Shown here piece by piece: positions 30,071 through 38,133 of a stretch of DNA of 64,000 nucleotides (position 1 is its first letter; every line of letters starts with the position of its first letter). The DNA comes from Clostridia bacterium (GTDB taxonomy: Bacteria; Bacillota; Clostridia; Monoglobales; Monoglobaceae): positions 33,681-97,680 of the forward strand of contig JAZRIX010000020.1 in the NCBI GenBank assembly GCA_045645485.1, read 5' to 3'. The position numbers were made by a program, and so were the translations under genes. The notes below the pieces were generated by a model. The model made no database searches, had not been told where the DNA came from, and saw only the letters and a list, made by a program, of their open reading frames with translations.

Positions 30071-30118
30071 TTTCTGGTTTTTTATGCGAAAAAATACAGA
30101 ATATAAAGTTTTTTTTCA

Positions 30119-30147
30119 TTGACGAAACAAAAAAAATAGGGTATACT
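30119..30147 (+). promoter_or_regulatory. Sigma-A type promoter candidate for smpB
   Basis: TTGACG (30119-30124), a 17-nt spacer, then TATACT (30142-30147). Confidence 0.55.
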
Positions 30148-30190
30148 CATATAGAAAGCAAAAACCAAAGGGAAAGGAGAGGGAAAACTT

Positions 30191-30661
30191 ATGGCAGAAC
30201 AAAAAACAGTCATCAAATCGGTTTCAAAAAACAAAAAAGCATTTCATGATTACTTTGTTGACGACACATATGAAGCCGGAATATCCCTTTTCGGCACCGA
30301 GGTAAAATCTGTCCGTGAGGGGAAAATAAATCTCAAAGACAGCTATGTTTCTGTGAAAACAGGGGAGGCATTCCTTATAGGGATGCATATTTCTCCTTAT
30401 GAAAAAGGAAACATCTTCAATCGTGACCCTCTCAGACAAAGAAAGCTTCTTCTTCACAGAAGGGAAATCAACAAGCTTATCGGCCTGACTCAGCAGCAGG
30501 GTTACACCCTGATTCCTCTTGAGGTATATTTCAAGGGTTCCCACGTGAAGGTTGCACTTGGTCTTTGCCGCGGCAAAAAGAACTATGACAAGCGCGATGC
30601 TATGGCAGAGCGTGATGCAAAGCGTCAGATTGACCGCGCACTGAAGGAGAGAATGAGATAA
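30191..30661 (+). CDS. smpB: SsrA-binding protein SmpB
   Basis: 156 aa with [16 protein letters not shown], and [11 protein letters not shown]. Confidence 0.96.
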   Translation: MAEQKTVIKSVSKNKKAFHDYFVDDTYEAGISLFGTEVKSVREGKINLKDSYVSVKTGEAFLIGMHISPYEKGNIFNRDPLRQRKLLLHRREINKLIGLTQQQGYTLIPLEVYFKGSHVKVALGLCRGKKNYDKRDAMAERDAKRQIDRALKERMR

Positions 30662-30692
30662 AAAATTTAAAGTGCAAAATTGACCGACGAGA

Positions 30693-30718
30693 GTCACCCT
30701 GAGCGCAGTCGAAGGGTC
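30693..30718 (+). repeat. Single family-1 hairpin module
   Basis: gtcaccctgagcgcagtcgaagggtc, lying between smpB and ssrA. Confidence 0.75.
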
Positions 30719-30757
30719 TTGGAAATATTAACTATTACCTTTTACTTCAATATATAT

Positions 30758-31105
30758 GGGGGCGTAATGGTTTCGACGGGGATTTTGAAGTATCTGGAGC
30801 GAGCCGCAGTGGGCAGCTGCGAAAAAATGTCCAACTAAAATTAAACGCTAACAATAATTTAGCTTACGCTGCCTAAGTAATAGGCGCTGTCCTTCCCTGA
30901 TTACCGCGCTCGGGGGCAAGGGCATCAAAACAGCGGTGAACGTGAACAGGCAAAGCTTTGAGTCTGTCATGAATCAATGAAGCTACCGTCAGCTGTAGCC
31001 TGTCTTTGGGCGGCAGCTGTGGGGAATCTCAAACAAAGACTACGCTCGTAGTGCCGGATATGAATAGATTTTCGGACAGGGGTTCAACTCCCCTCGCCTC
31101 CACCA
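30758..31105 (+). ncRNA. ssrA: tmRNA (SsrA), 348 nt
   Basis: The 5' GGGGGCG pairs with the 3' CGCCTCC-ACCA, including the G3:U Ala identity pair. The sequence GGTTTCGACGGGG lies near the 5' end, and a T-arm-like GGTTCAACTCCCC lies near the 3' end. The tag reading frame 30847-30876 (GCT AAC AAT AAT TTA GCT TAC GCT GCC TAA) encodes ANNNLAYAA. The gene is adjacent to smpB. Confidence 0.93.
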
Positions 31106-31106
31106 T

Positions 31107-31154
31107 AATAACGAGATGATTTTACTGTCAGTAAGGTCATCTCGTTATTTTATA
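31107..31154 (+). terminator. Rho-independent terminator of ssrA
   Basis: A ~13-bp stem aataacgagatga/tcatctcgttatt followed by a T-run. Confidence 0.75.
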
Positions 31155-31163
31155 GAAAAAAGC

Positions 31164-31197
31164 TGCTTCGCCGCTCGCCTTGCGGCGGTCGAAGCAT
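31164..31197. repeat. GC-rich hairpin, possibly a degenerate family-1 module
   Basis: tgcttcgccgc..gcggtcgaagca. The 3' half gtcgaagcat matches the family-1 consensus, while the 5' half is diverged. Confidence 0.35.
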
Positions 31198-31403
31198 ATA
31201 CGCTTTGTTTGCCCATGTGCATTACGGACTTGCCGAAAATGAATTAATGACGAAAAAAAAGAGTTTTTCTGTTATTACGGGTGCTCTCACACCCCAATCC
31301 CACCTTAAAACGTGCCACCGCACCTTTTTTACGGTGCAACGGGAAATATAATTTTTTTTGTTTAATAGGATTTAGTACTGGTAAATAGTAAATTCCTGTA
31401 TAC

Positions 31404-31431
31404 AAAAAAGACAGCCGCATGTGAGCGGCTG
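31404..31431 (-). terminator. Rho-independent terminator, probably for the PEPCK gene
   Basis: On the minus strand the stem is cagccgc/gcggctg with a 6-nt loop, followed by TCTTTTTT. It lies about 117 nt downstream of the pck stop. Confidence 0.6.
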
Positions 31432-31547
31432 CCTGAAATTGTAATGCAGTGTCAAACTTCAATACCTCATACAGAGACGAAGTCTGCAATAAATCCCTTA
31501 TAGGGATGTGCAAACCAAAAGTTTAACAGTGGTTTTGATTAAAATTA

Positions 31548-33320
31548 TTATTTGTTGAGGTTTGCTTCCAGTGTATCCATGCTGTCCTTGATTTCCTTGG
31601 GGAGCTTATCACCGAACTGAGCAAAGAATTCTCTCTGGTTTGCGAGGTCTTCCTTCCATGCGTCGATGTCGATTGAAAGGAGTTCATCAACAACCTCGTC
31701 GCTGAGGTCAAGACCGTCGAGCTGGAGGTCTGCCTTGTTGGGAACGTAACCGATTTCTGTTTCAACTGCGTCAACCTTGCCTTCGCAACGGTCAAGAATC
31801 CAGTTGAGGACACGCATATTGTCACCAAATCCGGGCCACATAAAGTTGCCGTCATTGTCAAGTCTGAACCAGTTTACATTGAAGATAGCGGGGGGATTTG
31901 CAATCTTCTTGCCCATATCATACCAATGCTGGAAGTAGTCAGCCATGTTGTAACCAACGAAGGGTCTCATTGCCATGGGGTCACGTCTTACCACGCCTAC
32001 TGCACCTGCAGCAGCTGCTGTTGTTTCAGATGCCATTGTTGCGCCAACGAATACACCGTGATCCCAGTCACGAGCCTGATATACCAGCGGAGCTGTCTTT
32101 GCACGGCGGCCGCCGAATACGATTGCTGAAATCGGAACACCCTGAGGATTCTCAAATTCAGGAGAAATGCAGGGACAGTTCTTTGCGGGAGCTGTAAATC
32201 TTGAGTTGGGATGAGCAAGCTTGTTGCCGTCAGCTGCGTATGCCTTGCCGTCAACCTTTGCACCCTTCCATTCAATTGCATTGCTGGGAGGATTCTTGTC
32301 AAGACCTTCCCACCAAACTGTCATATCTTCTTCGTTGATAGCAACGTTTGTGAAGATTGTGTTCTTCTTTGTAGCCTCAAGAGCATTGAAGTTTGATTTT
32401 TCAGAAGTACCGGGAGCAACACCGAAGAAACCTGCTTCGGGGTTGATTGCGTAAAGTCTGCCGTCTTCGCCAACACGGAGCCAAGCAATATCGTCACCTA
32501 CTGTCCATACCTTGTAACCCTTTTCCTGAAGGAACTTGGGAGGAATAAGCATAGCGAGGTTTGTCTTGCCGCAGGCTGAGGGGAATGCAGCACAGATGTA
32601 CTTAACTTCGCCCTTGGGATTCTCTAAACCGAGGATGAGCATATGTTCAGCCATCCAGCCTTCCTTCATACCCTGATAAGATGCAATACGGAGTGCGAAA
32701 CACTTTTTGCCAAGAAGAACGTTGCCGCCGTAAGCTGAGTTAACAGACATAATTGTGTTGTCCTGAGGAAAGTGAACAATGTATCTTTCGTCGGGATTTA
32801 CGTCCTTCTTTGCGTGGAGACACTTAACAAAATCGCCGTCTTCGCCAAGAGCATCAACAACAGCCTTGCCAACTCTTGTCATAATATCCATATTGAGAAC
32901 AACGTAGATGCTGTCTGTAAGTTCAACACCGATTTTTGAGAAGGGTGAACCAACGGGACCCATTGAGTAGGGGATAACGTACATTGTACGACCTATCATT
33001 GAACCGTCATAAAGTGCGTTGAGCTTTGCATACATTTCAGCGGGAGCCATCCAGTTGTTGATGGGACCTGCCTCGATTTCGGTTTCGGTGCAGATAAAGG
33101 TTCTGTCTTCAACACGTGCAACGTCGTTTTCTGCTGTTCTGTGGTAGTAGCAACCAGGAAGCTTTTCCTGATTGAGCTTAATCATTTCGCCGGTAGCAAC
33201 TGCTTCTGCACGGAGAGCTTCAAGCTGTTCCTCTGAACCGTCAATCCAGACAACATTGGCGGGCTTGCAGAGGGCTTTCATTTCTTCAAGCCAGGTGAGT
33301 ACTTTTTTGTTTGTAGTCAT
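31548..33320 (-). CDS. pck: Phosphoenolpyruvate carboxykinase (GTP-dependent)
   Basis: 590 aa. The kinase-1a loop reads AAFPSACGKTNLAML. The length and the N-terminal WIDGSEEQ block are typical of GTP-PEPCK. AAGGAGG RBS. Confidence 0.95.
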   Translation of the reverse strand: MTTNKKVLTWLEEMKALCKPANVVWIDGSEEQLEALRAEAVATGEMIKLNQEKLPGCYYHRTAENDVARVEDRTFICTETEIEAGPINNWMAPAEMYAKLNALYDGSMIGRTMYVIPYSMGPVGSPFSKIGVELTDSIYVVLNMDIMTRVGKAVVDALGEDGDFVKCLHAKKDVNPDERYIVHFPQDNTIMSVNSAYGGNVLLGKKCFALRIASYQGMKEGWMAEHMLILGLENPKGEVKYICAAFPSACGKTNLAMLIPPKFLQEKGYKVWTVGDDIAWLRVGEDGRLYAINPEAGFFGVAPGTSEKSNFNALEATKKNTIFTNVAINEEDMTVWWEGLDKNPPSNAIEWKGAKVDGKAYAADGNKLAHPNSRFTAPAKNCPCISPEFENPQGVPISAIVFGGRRAKTAPLVYQARDWDHGVFVGATMASETTAAAAGAVGVVRRDPMAMRPFVGYNMADYFQHWYDMGKKIANPPAIFNVNWFRLDNDGNFMWPGFGDNMRVLNWILDRCEGKVDAVETEIGYVPNKADLQLDGLDLSDEVVDELLSIDIDAWKEDLANQREFFAQFGDKLPKEIKDSMDTLEANLNK

Positions 33321-33392
33321 TTTTTGACCTCCTTATATAATAGATATTAATTTAATACAAATAGTATATTAGATTACCGACAAACGGTGTTT

Positions 33393-33473
33393 GTCATTCT
33401 GAAGGAGCGAAGCTATTTGAAGAATCTTGAATTTTAACACAGTTTAAGAACCTTCGACTACGCTCAGGATGAC
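33393..33473. repeat. Two oppositely oriented family-1 modules
   Basis: 33393-33426 is gtcattctgaaggagcgaagctatttgaagaatc. The reverse complement of 33448-33473 is gtcatcctgagcgtagtcgaaggttc. Both lie between pck and proB. Confidence 0.8.
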
Positions 33474-33626
33474 GTTGTTGATTTTGTCAGCAATTTCGAT
33501 GCGGAAGATTTTTCAACTTCTCCCTTGTTTAACATATTATCATACTTTTTGCAAATTTTCAATAGATTTCTGACAAAAGTTTAACAAATTTTCAAGTTTG
33601 CGCAATGTTTCGTTTGGGGTAATTTG

Positions 33627-34421
33627 CTATTTTTGCCCCATAAACAGAGTGCCCACGGATTCGCCTTCAAAAATACCGTATATTCTTTCGGGGTGTGCAC
33701 CGTTTGTTATTATCATATCTATGCCTGAGGGGTTGACGATTTCGGCAGCCTTCAGCTTGGTAATCATTCCGCCTGTTCCTCTGCGGCTGCCTGCACCGCC
33801 TGCAATGGAATAAATGGTTTCATCCACTTTTTCTACAATGGGAATCAGTTTTGCGTCGGGATTGGTCTGGGGGTTGCTGTCATAGAGTCCGTCAATATCC
33901 GAAAGTATAATCAGAAGCTGTGCATCAACCAGCTCTGCAATATATGCCGACAGCGTATCATTGTCACCAAATTCCAGTTCATAGGTTGAAATAACGTCGT
34001 TTTCGTTGACTATGGGGATAACCCCATAATCAAACATTGTTTCAAAGGTGTTTTTTGTGTTGCGGTAGCGTTCTTCGTCATCAAGGATAAATTTTGTCAA
34101 AAGTACCTGAGCCGAGGAATGTCCGTATTCCGAAAAGAAGCGGTCATACATGGAAACCAGTGTTGCCTGACCGATGGCGGCAAGAGCCTGTTTCTTTATG
34201 GTTTCGGAGGGTTTTACGGAAAGGTTCAGCTTTCCAACGCCTGCACCAACCGCACCGCTGGATACCAGAACCACTTCAATTCCTCTGTTGCGAAGGTCTG
34301 ATACTACACGAACAATGTTTTCGATTTTCTTTATGTTCAGCTTTCCTGTTTCATAGGTCAGGGAGGAGGTTCCCACCTTGATTACAACTCTTTTTGTTTG
34401 AATAAGTTTTTCGTAATTCAT
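33627..34421 (-). CDS. proB: Glutamate 5-kinase (short form without PUA domain)
   Basis: 264 aa with VVIKVGTSSLT, VVLVSSGAVGAG, FGDNDTLSA and GTGGMITKL. Confidence 0.93.
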   Translation of the reverse strand: MNYEKLIQTKRVVIKVGTSSLTYETGKLNIKKIENIVRVVSDLRNRGIEVVLVSSGAVGAGVGKLNLSVKPSETIKKQALAAIGQATLVSMYDRFFSEYGHSSAQVLLTKFILDDEERYRNTKNTFETMFDYGVIPIVNENDVISTYELEFGDNDTLSAYIAELVDAQLLIILSDIDGLYDSNPQTNPDAKLIPIVEKVDETIYSIAGGAGSRRGTGGMITKLKAAEIVNPSGIDMIITNGAHPERIYGIFEGESVGTLFMGQK

Positions 34422-34591
34422 TTTTTTGCTCCATATTGCTGTATTTGGGAGAAAATATGTCGAAATATCCCCATTATGATTTAAATTATACCTTGAATTA
34501 TATGGCTTGTCAAGGCAAAACCATTGACAAAAGGCTGATATTATAATAAAATGTCAAAAAAATAAAAATTCGGAAGGGTGCTGAAAAATAT

Positions 34592-35599
34592 ATGCTGAAA
34601 ATAAAAAATCTTGAGCTTGAAAACAATGTTTTTCTTGCGCCAATGGCGGGGGTTACCGACAAAGCCTTCAGAATGATAACTAAACCCTTTGGTCCTGCAC
34701 TTATGTATACCGAAATGGTTTCGGGGAAAGGGTTGTTTTACAAGAGTCAGAAGACCGCAGACCTTCTTGCAACAGAGGAAGAAGAAAAACCCGTGGCCAC
34801 TCAGCTTTTCGGTCACGAGCCTGAGGTTCTGGCATCTATTGCGGAAAAATCTCTGGATTTTGGTGCGGAGCTTATTGATATAAATATGGGTTGTCCTGCT
34901 CCCAAAATTACGGGGAGCGGTGACGGGTCGGCACTTTCAAAAAGTCCCGAACTTGCAGGAGAGATTGTGGCGGCGGTTGTGAAGGCAGTGGATGTTCCCG
35001 TAACGGTGAAAATCCGCAAGGGGTGGAATGACGAAAACATCAATGCTGTAAAAATGGCAAAGATTGCAGAGGCAAACGGTGCTTCGGCGGTGACCGTTCA
35101 CGGCAGAACGCGGGAGCAGTTTTACAGCGGAGCTGCTGACCTTGATATAATCAAGGCGGTAAAAGAGGCGGTCTCCATTCCCGTTATCGGCAACGGCGAT
35201 ATTATTGACGAAGAGAGTGCAAAAAAAATGCTTGACTATACAGGCTGTGACGGAATAATGATTGGCAGAGGTGCTCAGGGCAATCCATGGTTATTCCAAA
35301 GGGTCATTCACTATCTTGAGACGGGTGAAAAGCTTTCGGAGCCCACTATTTGGGAACGGGCAGAAATGATGGAACGGCATCTGGAATTGCTTCTTGAATA
35401 CAAGGGCGAGCACAGAGGAATTCAGGAGGCTCGCAAGCATATGGCGTGGTACATTAAGGGATGCAAGGGCGGTGCAAGGCTCCGTGATGCAATAATGAAA
35501 GCCGCCACAAAGGAAGAAATGCTCAAAGTTATCGGCTTTATAAAGAAAGATTCCCTGATATCCGTCAACAAGCAAGGTTACGGAAATCACAATTGGTGA
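34592..35599 (+). CDS. dusB: tRNA-dihydrouridine synthase
   Basis: 335 aa with LAPMAGVTDKAFR, IDINMGCPAPK, VTVKIRKGW and TVHGRTREQ. Confidence 0.93.
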   Translation: MLKIKNLELENNVFLAPMAGVTDKAFRMITKPFGPALMYTEMVSGKGLFYKSQKTADLLATEEEEKPVATQLFGHEPEVLASIAEKSLDFGAELIDINMGCPAPKITGSGDGSALSKSPELAGEIVAAVVKAVDVPVTVKIRKGWNDENINAVKMAKIAEANGASAVTVHGRTREQFYSGAADLDIIKAVKEAVSIPVIGNGDIIDEESAKKMLDYTGCDGIMIGRGAQGNPWLFQRVIHYLETGEKLSEPTIWERAEMMERHLELLLEYKGEHRGIQEARKHMAWYIKGCKGGARLRDAIMKAATKEEMLKVIGFIKKDSLISVNKQGYGNHNW

Positions 35600-35724
35600 A
35601 GGAATAACCCATATCTGCAAAAGAAGCTTGATCAACTGTATTTCGGACTATAACAGATTTTCAAATATTTTTCTTGACAGAAAAAAATGATTGTGATATA
35701 ATTGTTTACAAATTAGATTAAGGC

Positions 35725-35960
35725 AAAGATGAAGAGAGTAATGCAAAGGGCTCGTTCTGAGAGAGTTGTGGGTGCTGGGAACACGGCAACGGGTTTTGCA
35801 TGAAAAACACTTCGGAGCTTGCGGAAGAAAGCCGCTTGGGTGATTAGAACCGCACGTTCATCGCGAAAAGATGTTCAAGGGGACCGTTTTTCGGTCAATT
35901 TGGGTGGTACCGCGGAAGATAACCTTTCGTCCCATATTTTTGGGATGAAAGGTTTTTTTA
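35725..35960 (+). promoter_or_regulatory. T-box riboswitch leader controlling aspS-gatCAB, apparent specifier AAC (Asn)
   Basis: Stem I pairs 35741-35747 (atgcaaa) with 35795-35801 (tttgcat). It contains an AGAGA bulge and a distal loop ggtgctggga. The specifier loop reads agagta / gaaaAACa, with AAC at 35806-35808 followed by a purine. The T-box sequence is aatttgggtggtaccgcg (35897-35914). The terminator is acctttcgtccca/tgggatgaaaggt plus a T7 run (35921-35960). Confidence 0.88.
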
Positions 35961-36016
35961 TTCCATTTTAAGGTTAGTATATAATTAAACAGATAAATTT
36001 TTTGGAGGTTATATTT

Positions 36017-37792
36017 ATGCTCAGAACACATACTTGTAACGAACTGAACGCCGAACATATCGGGAAAAAAGTTGTACTCACAGGCTGGATTGAAACAATC
36101 CGTGACCACGGCGGTGTACTTTTTGTGGACCTTCGTGACCACTACGGCGTAACTCAGATTGTATTTTCTGATGACAGTCTGCTTGCAGGAATGTCAAAGG
36201 AAACAGTTGTTCTTATTGAAGGCACTGTTACTGAAAGAGATTCCGAAACAGTGAACCCCAAGCTTGCAACAGGTCTTGTTGAGGTTCGTGCTGAAAAAAT
36301 TGAGGTGCTTGGTCCCTGTCAGCTGGGACTTCCCTTTGAGATTGATGCTTCAACTCTCACACGTGAAGAAGTGAGACTCAAATACAGATACCTTGACCTT
36401 CGCAACAGAAAGATTCATGACAATATCGTTCTTCGCTCAAAGATTCTCAGCTATCTGCGCAGTCAGATGGAGGACCTTGGCTTTATGGAAATCCAGACTC
36501 CCATACTCACAGCATCATCACCTGAGGGTGCACGTGACTATCTGGTGCCAAGCCGCAAGCACAAGGGTAAGTTTTACGCTCTTCCTCAGGCTCCTCAGCA
36601 GTTCAAGCAGCTGCTTATGGCTTCGGGCTTTGACCGTTATTTCCAGATTGCTCCCTGCTTCCGTGACGAGGATGCACGTCAGGACAGATCACCCGGCGAA
36701 TTCTATCAGCTTGACTTTGAAATGTCCTTTGCAACTCAGGAGGATGTTTTTGAGGTTGCAGAAACAGTAATATACAACACCTTTACAAAGTTTTCTGACA
36801 AAAAGGTTTCAAAGCCGCCCTTCCGTCGCATCACTTTTGCTGATGCAATGATGAAGTACGGCTCTGACAAGCCTGACCTTCGCAATCCTTTGATTATTCA
36901 GGACCTGACAGACTTCTTTGCAAAGCACGAATTCCTTACAATCAACGGTAGAACCGTTCCCTTCAAAAACAAGCTTGTTCGCGGTATAGTTGCAAATTAT
37001 CTTGTGAAGAAGGATGGCGACGGTGACGGAAAGAAGGCTTTCGAAAAAGCAATTGATGCTTATTCAAGAAGCATCGGTATGAAGTTCGGTATCGGTTATA
37101 TCACTCTTGAGGACGGCGAATACAAGGGTCCTATTGCCAAGTTCCTTTCTGAAGAACAGAAGGCAGAGCTCACAGAGCTTGTCGGCATAAAGGAAGGCGA
37201 ATCACTGTTCTTTATCAGTGACAGCGCATCTGTCATTGACAGACTTTCGGGCGAAATGAGAACATGGATAGGCAATGAGCTTGGTCTTATCAAGGATGAT
37301 TCCTTTGAATTCTGCTTCATTGTTGACTTCCCCATGTATGAACTCAACCCTGAAACAAACAAGATTGACTTTACACACAACCCCTTCTCAATGCCTCAGG
37401 GCGGTATGGATGCACTTCTCAACAAGGATCCTCTTGATATCTTTGCATATCAGTACGACATTGTCTGCAACGGCGTTGAGCTGTCTTCGGGTGCGGTAAG
37501 AAACCACAATCCCGAAATTATGAGAAAGGCATTTGAAATCGCAGGCTACGGAGAGGAAGACCTGAAGGCAAAATTCGGTGCACTTTATACTGCTTTTGCA
37601 TACGGTGCTCCTCCTCACGCAGGAATGGCTCCCGGTGTTGACAGAATGATTATGCTTATCGCAGGAGAAGAAACCATCCGCGACGTTATTGCATTCCCTC
37701 TCAACGGCAATGCTCAGGACCTTATGATGGGTGCTCCGGGTGAAGTTACAGAGCAGCAGCTCCGTGAGGTTCACATCAAGGTAAGAGACTGA
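36017..37792 (+). CDS. aspS: Aspartate--tRNA ligase (likely non-discriminating, given its operon with gatCAB)
   Basis: Starts MLRTHTCNELNAEHIGKKVVLTGWI. It has the class II motifs FYALPQAPQQFKQLLM, FRDEDARQDR and GAPPHAGMAPGVDR. The ATG at 36017 is preceded by GGAGG (36004-36008). Confidence 0.95.
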   Translation: MLRTHTCNELNAEHIGKKVVLTGWIETIRDHGGVLFVDLRDHYGVTQIVFSDDSLLAGMSKETVVLIEGTVTERDSETVNPKLATGLVEVRAEKIEVLGPCQLGLPFEIDASTLTREEVRLKYRYLDLRNRKIHDNIVLRSKILSYLRSQMEDLGFMEIQTPILTASSPEGARDYLVPSRKHKGKFYALPQAPQQFKQLLMASGFDRYFQIAPCFRDEDARQDRSPGEFYQLDFEMSFATQEDVFEVAETVIYNTFTKFSDKKVSKPPFRRITFADAMMKYGSDKPDLRNPLIIQDLTDFFAKHEFLTINGRTVPFKNKLVRGIVANYLVKKDGDGDGKKAFEKAIDAYSRSIGMKFGIGYITLEDGEYKGPIAKFLSEEQKAELTELVGIKEGESLFFISDSASVIDRLSGEMRTWIGNELGLIKDDSFEFCFIVDFPMYELNPETNKIDFTHNPFSMPQGGMDALLNKDPLDIFAYQYDIVCNGVELSSGAVRNHNPEIMRKAFEIAGYGEEDLKAKFGALYTAFAYGAPPHAGMAPGVDRMIMLIAGEETIRDVIAFPLNGNAQDLMMGAPGEVTEQQLREVHIKVRD

Positions 37793-37831
37793 TAAATTTC
37801 GAAAATTTTTAGAAAAGGAGCCTGATTTATT

Positions 37832-38113
37832 ATGGACAGAGAAACACTCAGAAAGCTTGAAATGCTCAATCAGCTGAGTCTTACCGAGGCTCAGAAGGAT
37901 GAAGTTATTGCATTCTTTGAAAAGAAGGATGCGGAGCTTGATATTATTAACAAAATTGACACAGAGAACACTGAACGTATGGTACACGTTATGCCAATCC
38001 TTACGGTTGTACGTGAAGACAAGGTGAACAAGACCTTCACAAGAGAGGCACTCCAGCAGGGTGCTCCCGAAACCGATGAGGGCTACTGGTGTGTTCCCCG
38101 TGTTATGGAATAG
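37832..38113 (+). CDS. gatC: Asp/Glu-tRNA amidotransferase subunit C
   Basis: 93 aa with LEMLNQLSLTEAQKDEV, and it sits before gatA/gatB. Confidence 0.85.
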   Translation: MDRETLRKLEMLNQLSLTEAQKDEVIAFFEKKDAELDIINKIDTENTERMVHVMPILTVVREDKVNKTFTREALQQGAPETDEGYWCVPRVME

Positions 38114-38133
38114 ACGGATGGAGGGATTTTTCT

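Noticed and set aside
30662-30757. Promoter for ssrA
   Set aside because: The only TATA-like hexamers sit 1-6 nt from the mature 5' end. No -35/-10 pair with proper spacing could be identified confidently, and the precursor 5' end is unknown.
31244-31513. 89-aa minus-strand ORF in the ssrA-pck spacer
   Set aside because: It crosses a strong Rho-independent terminator hairpin (31412-31431), has no RBS, and its sequence has no recognisable features.
31105-31547. Integrated island or prophage at the tmRNA 3' end
   Set aside because: There is no integrase, no phage-like ORFs, and no recognisable duplication of the ssrA 3' end. The next gene is housekeeping pck.
34524-34547. TTGACA ... TATAAT pair that looked like a promoter for dusB
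   Set aside because: The spacer is only 12 nt, which is incompatible with a sigma-A promoter. I kept it only as part of the palindrome observation.
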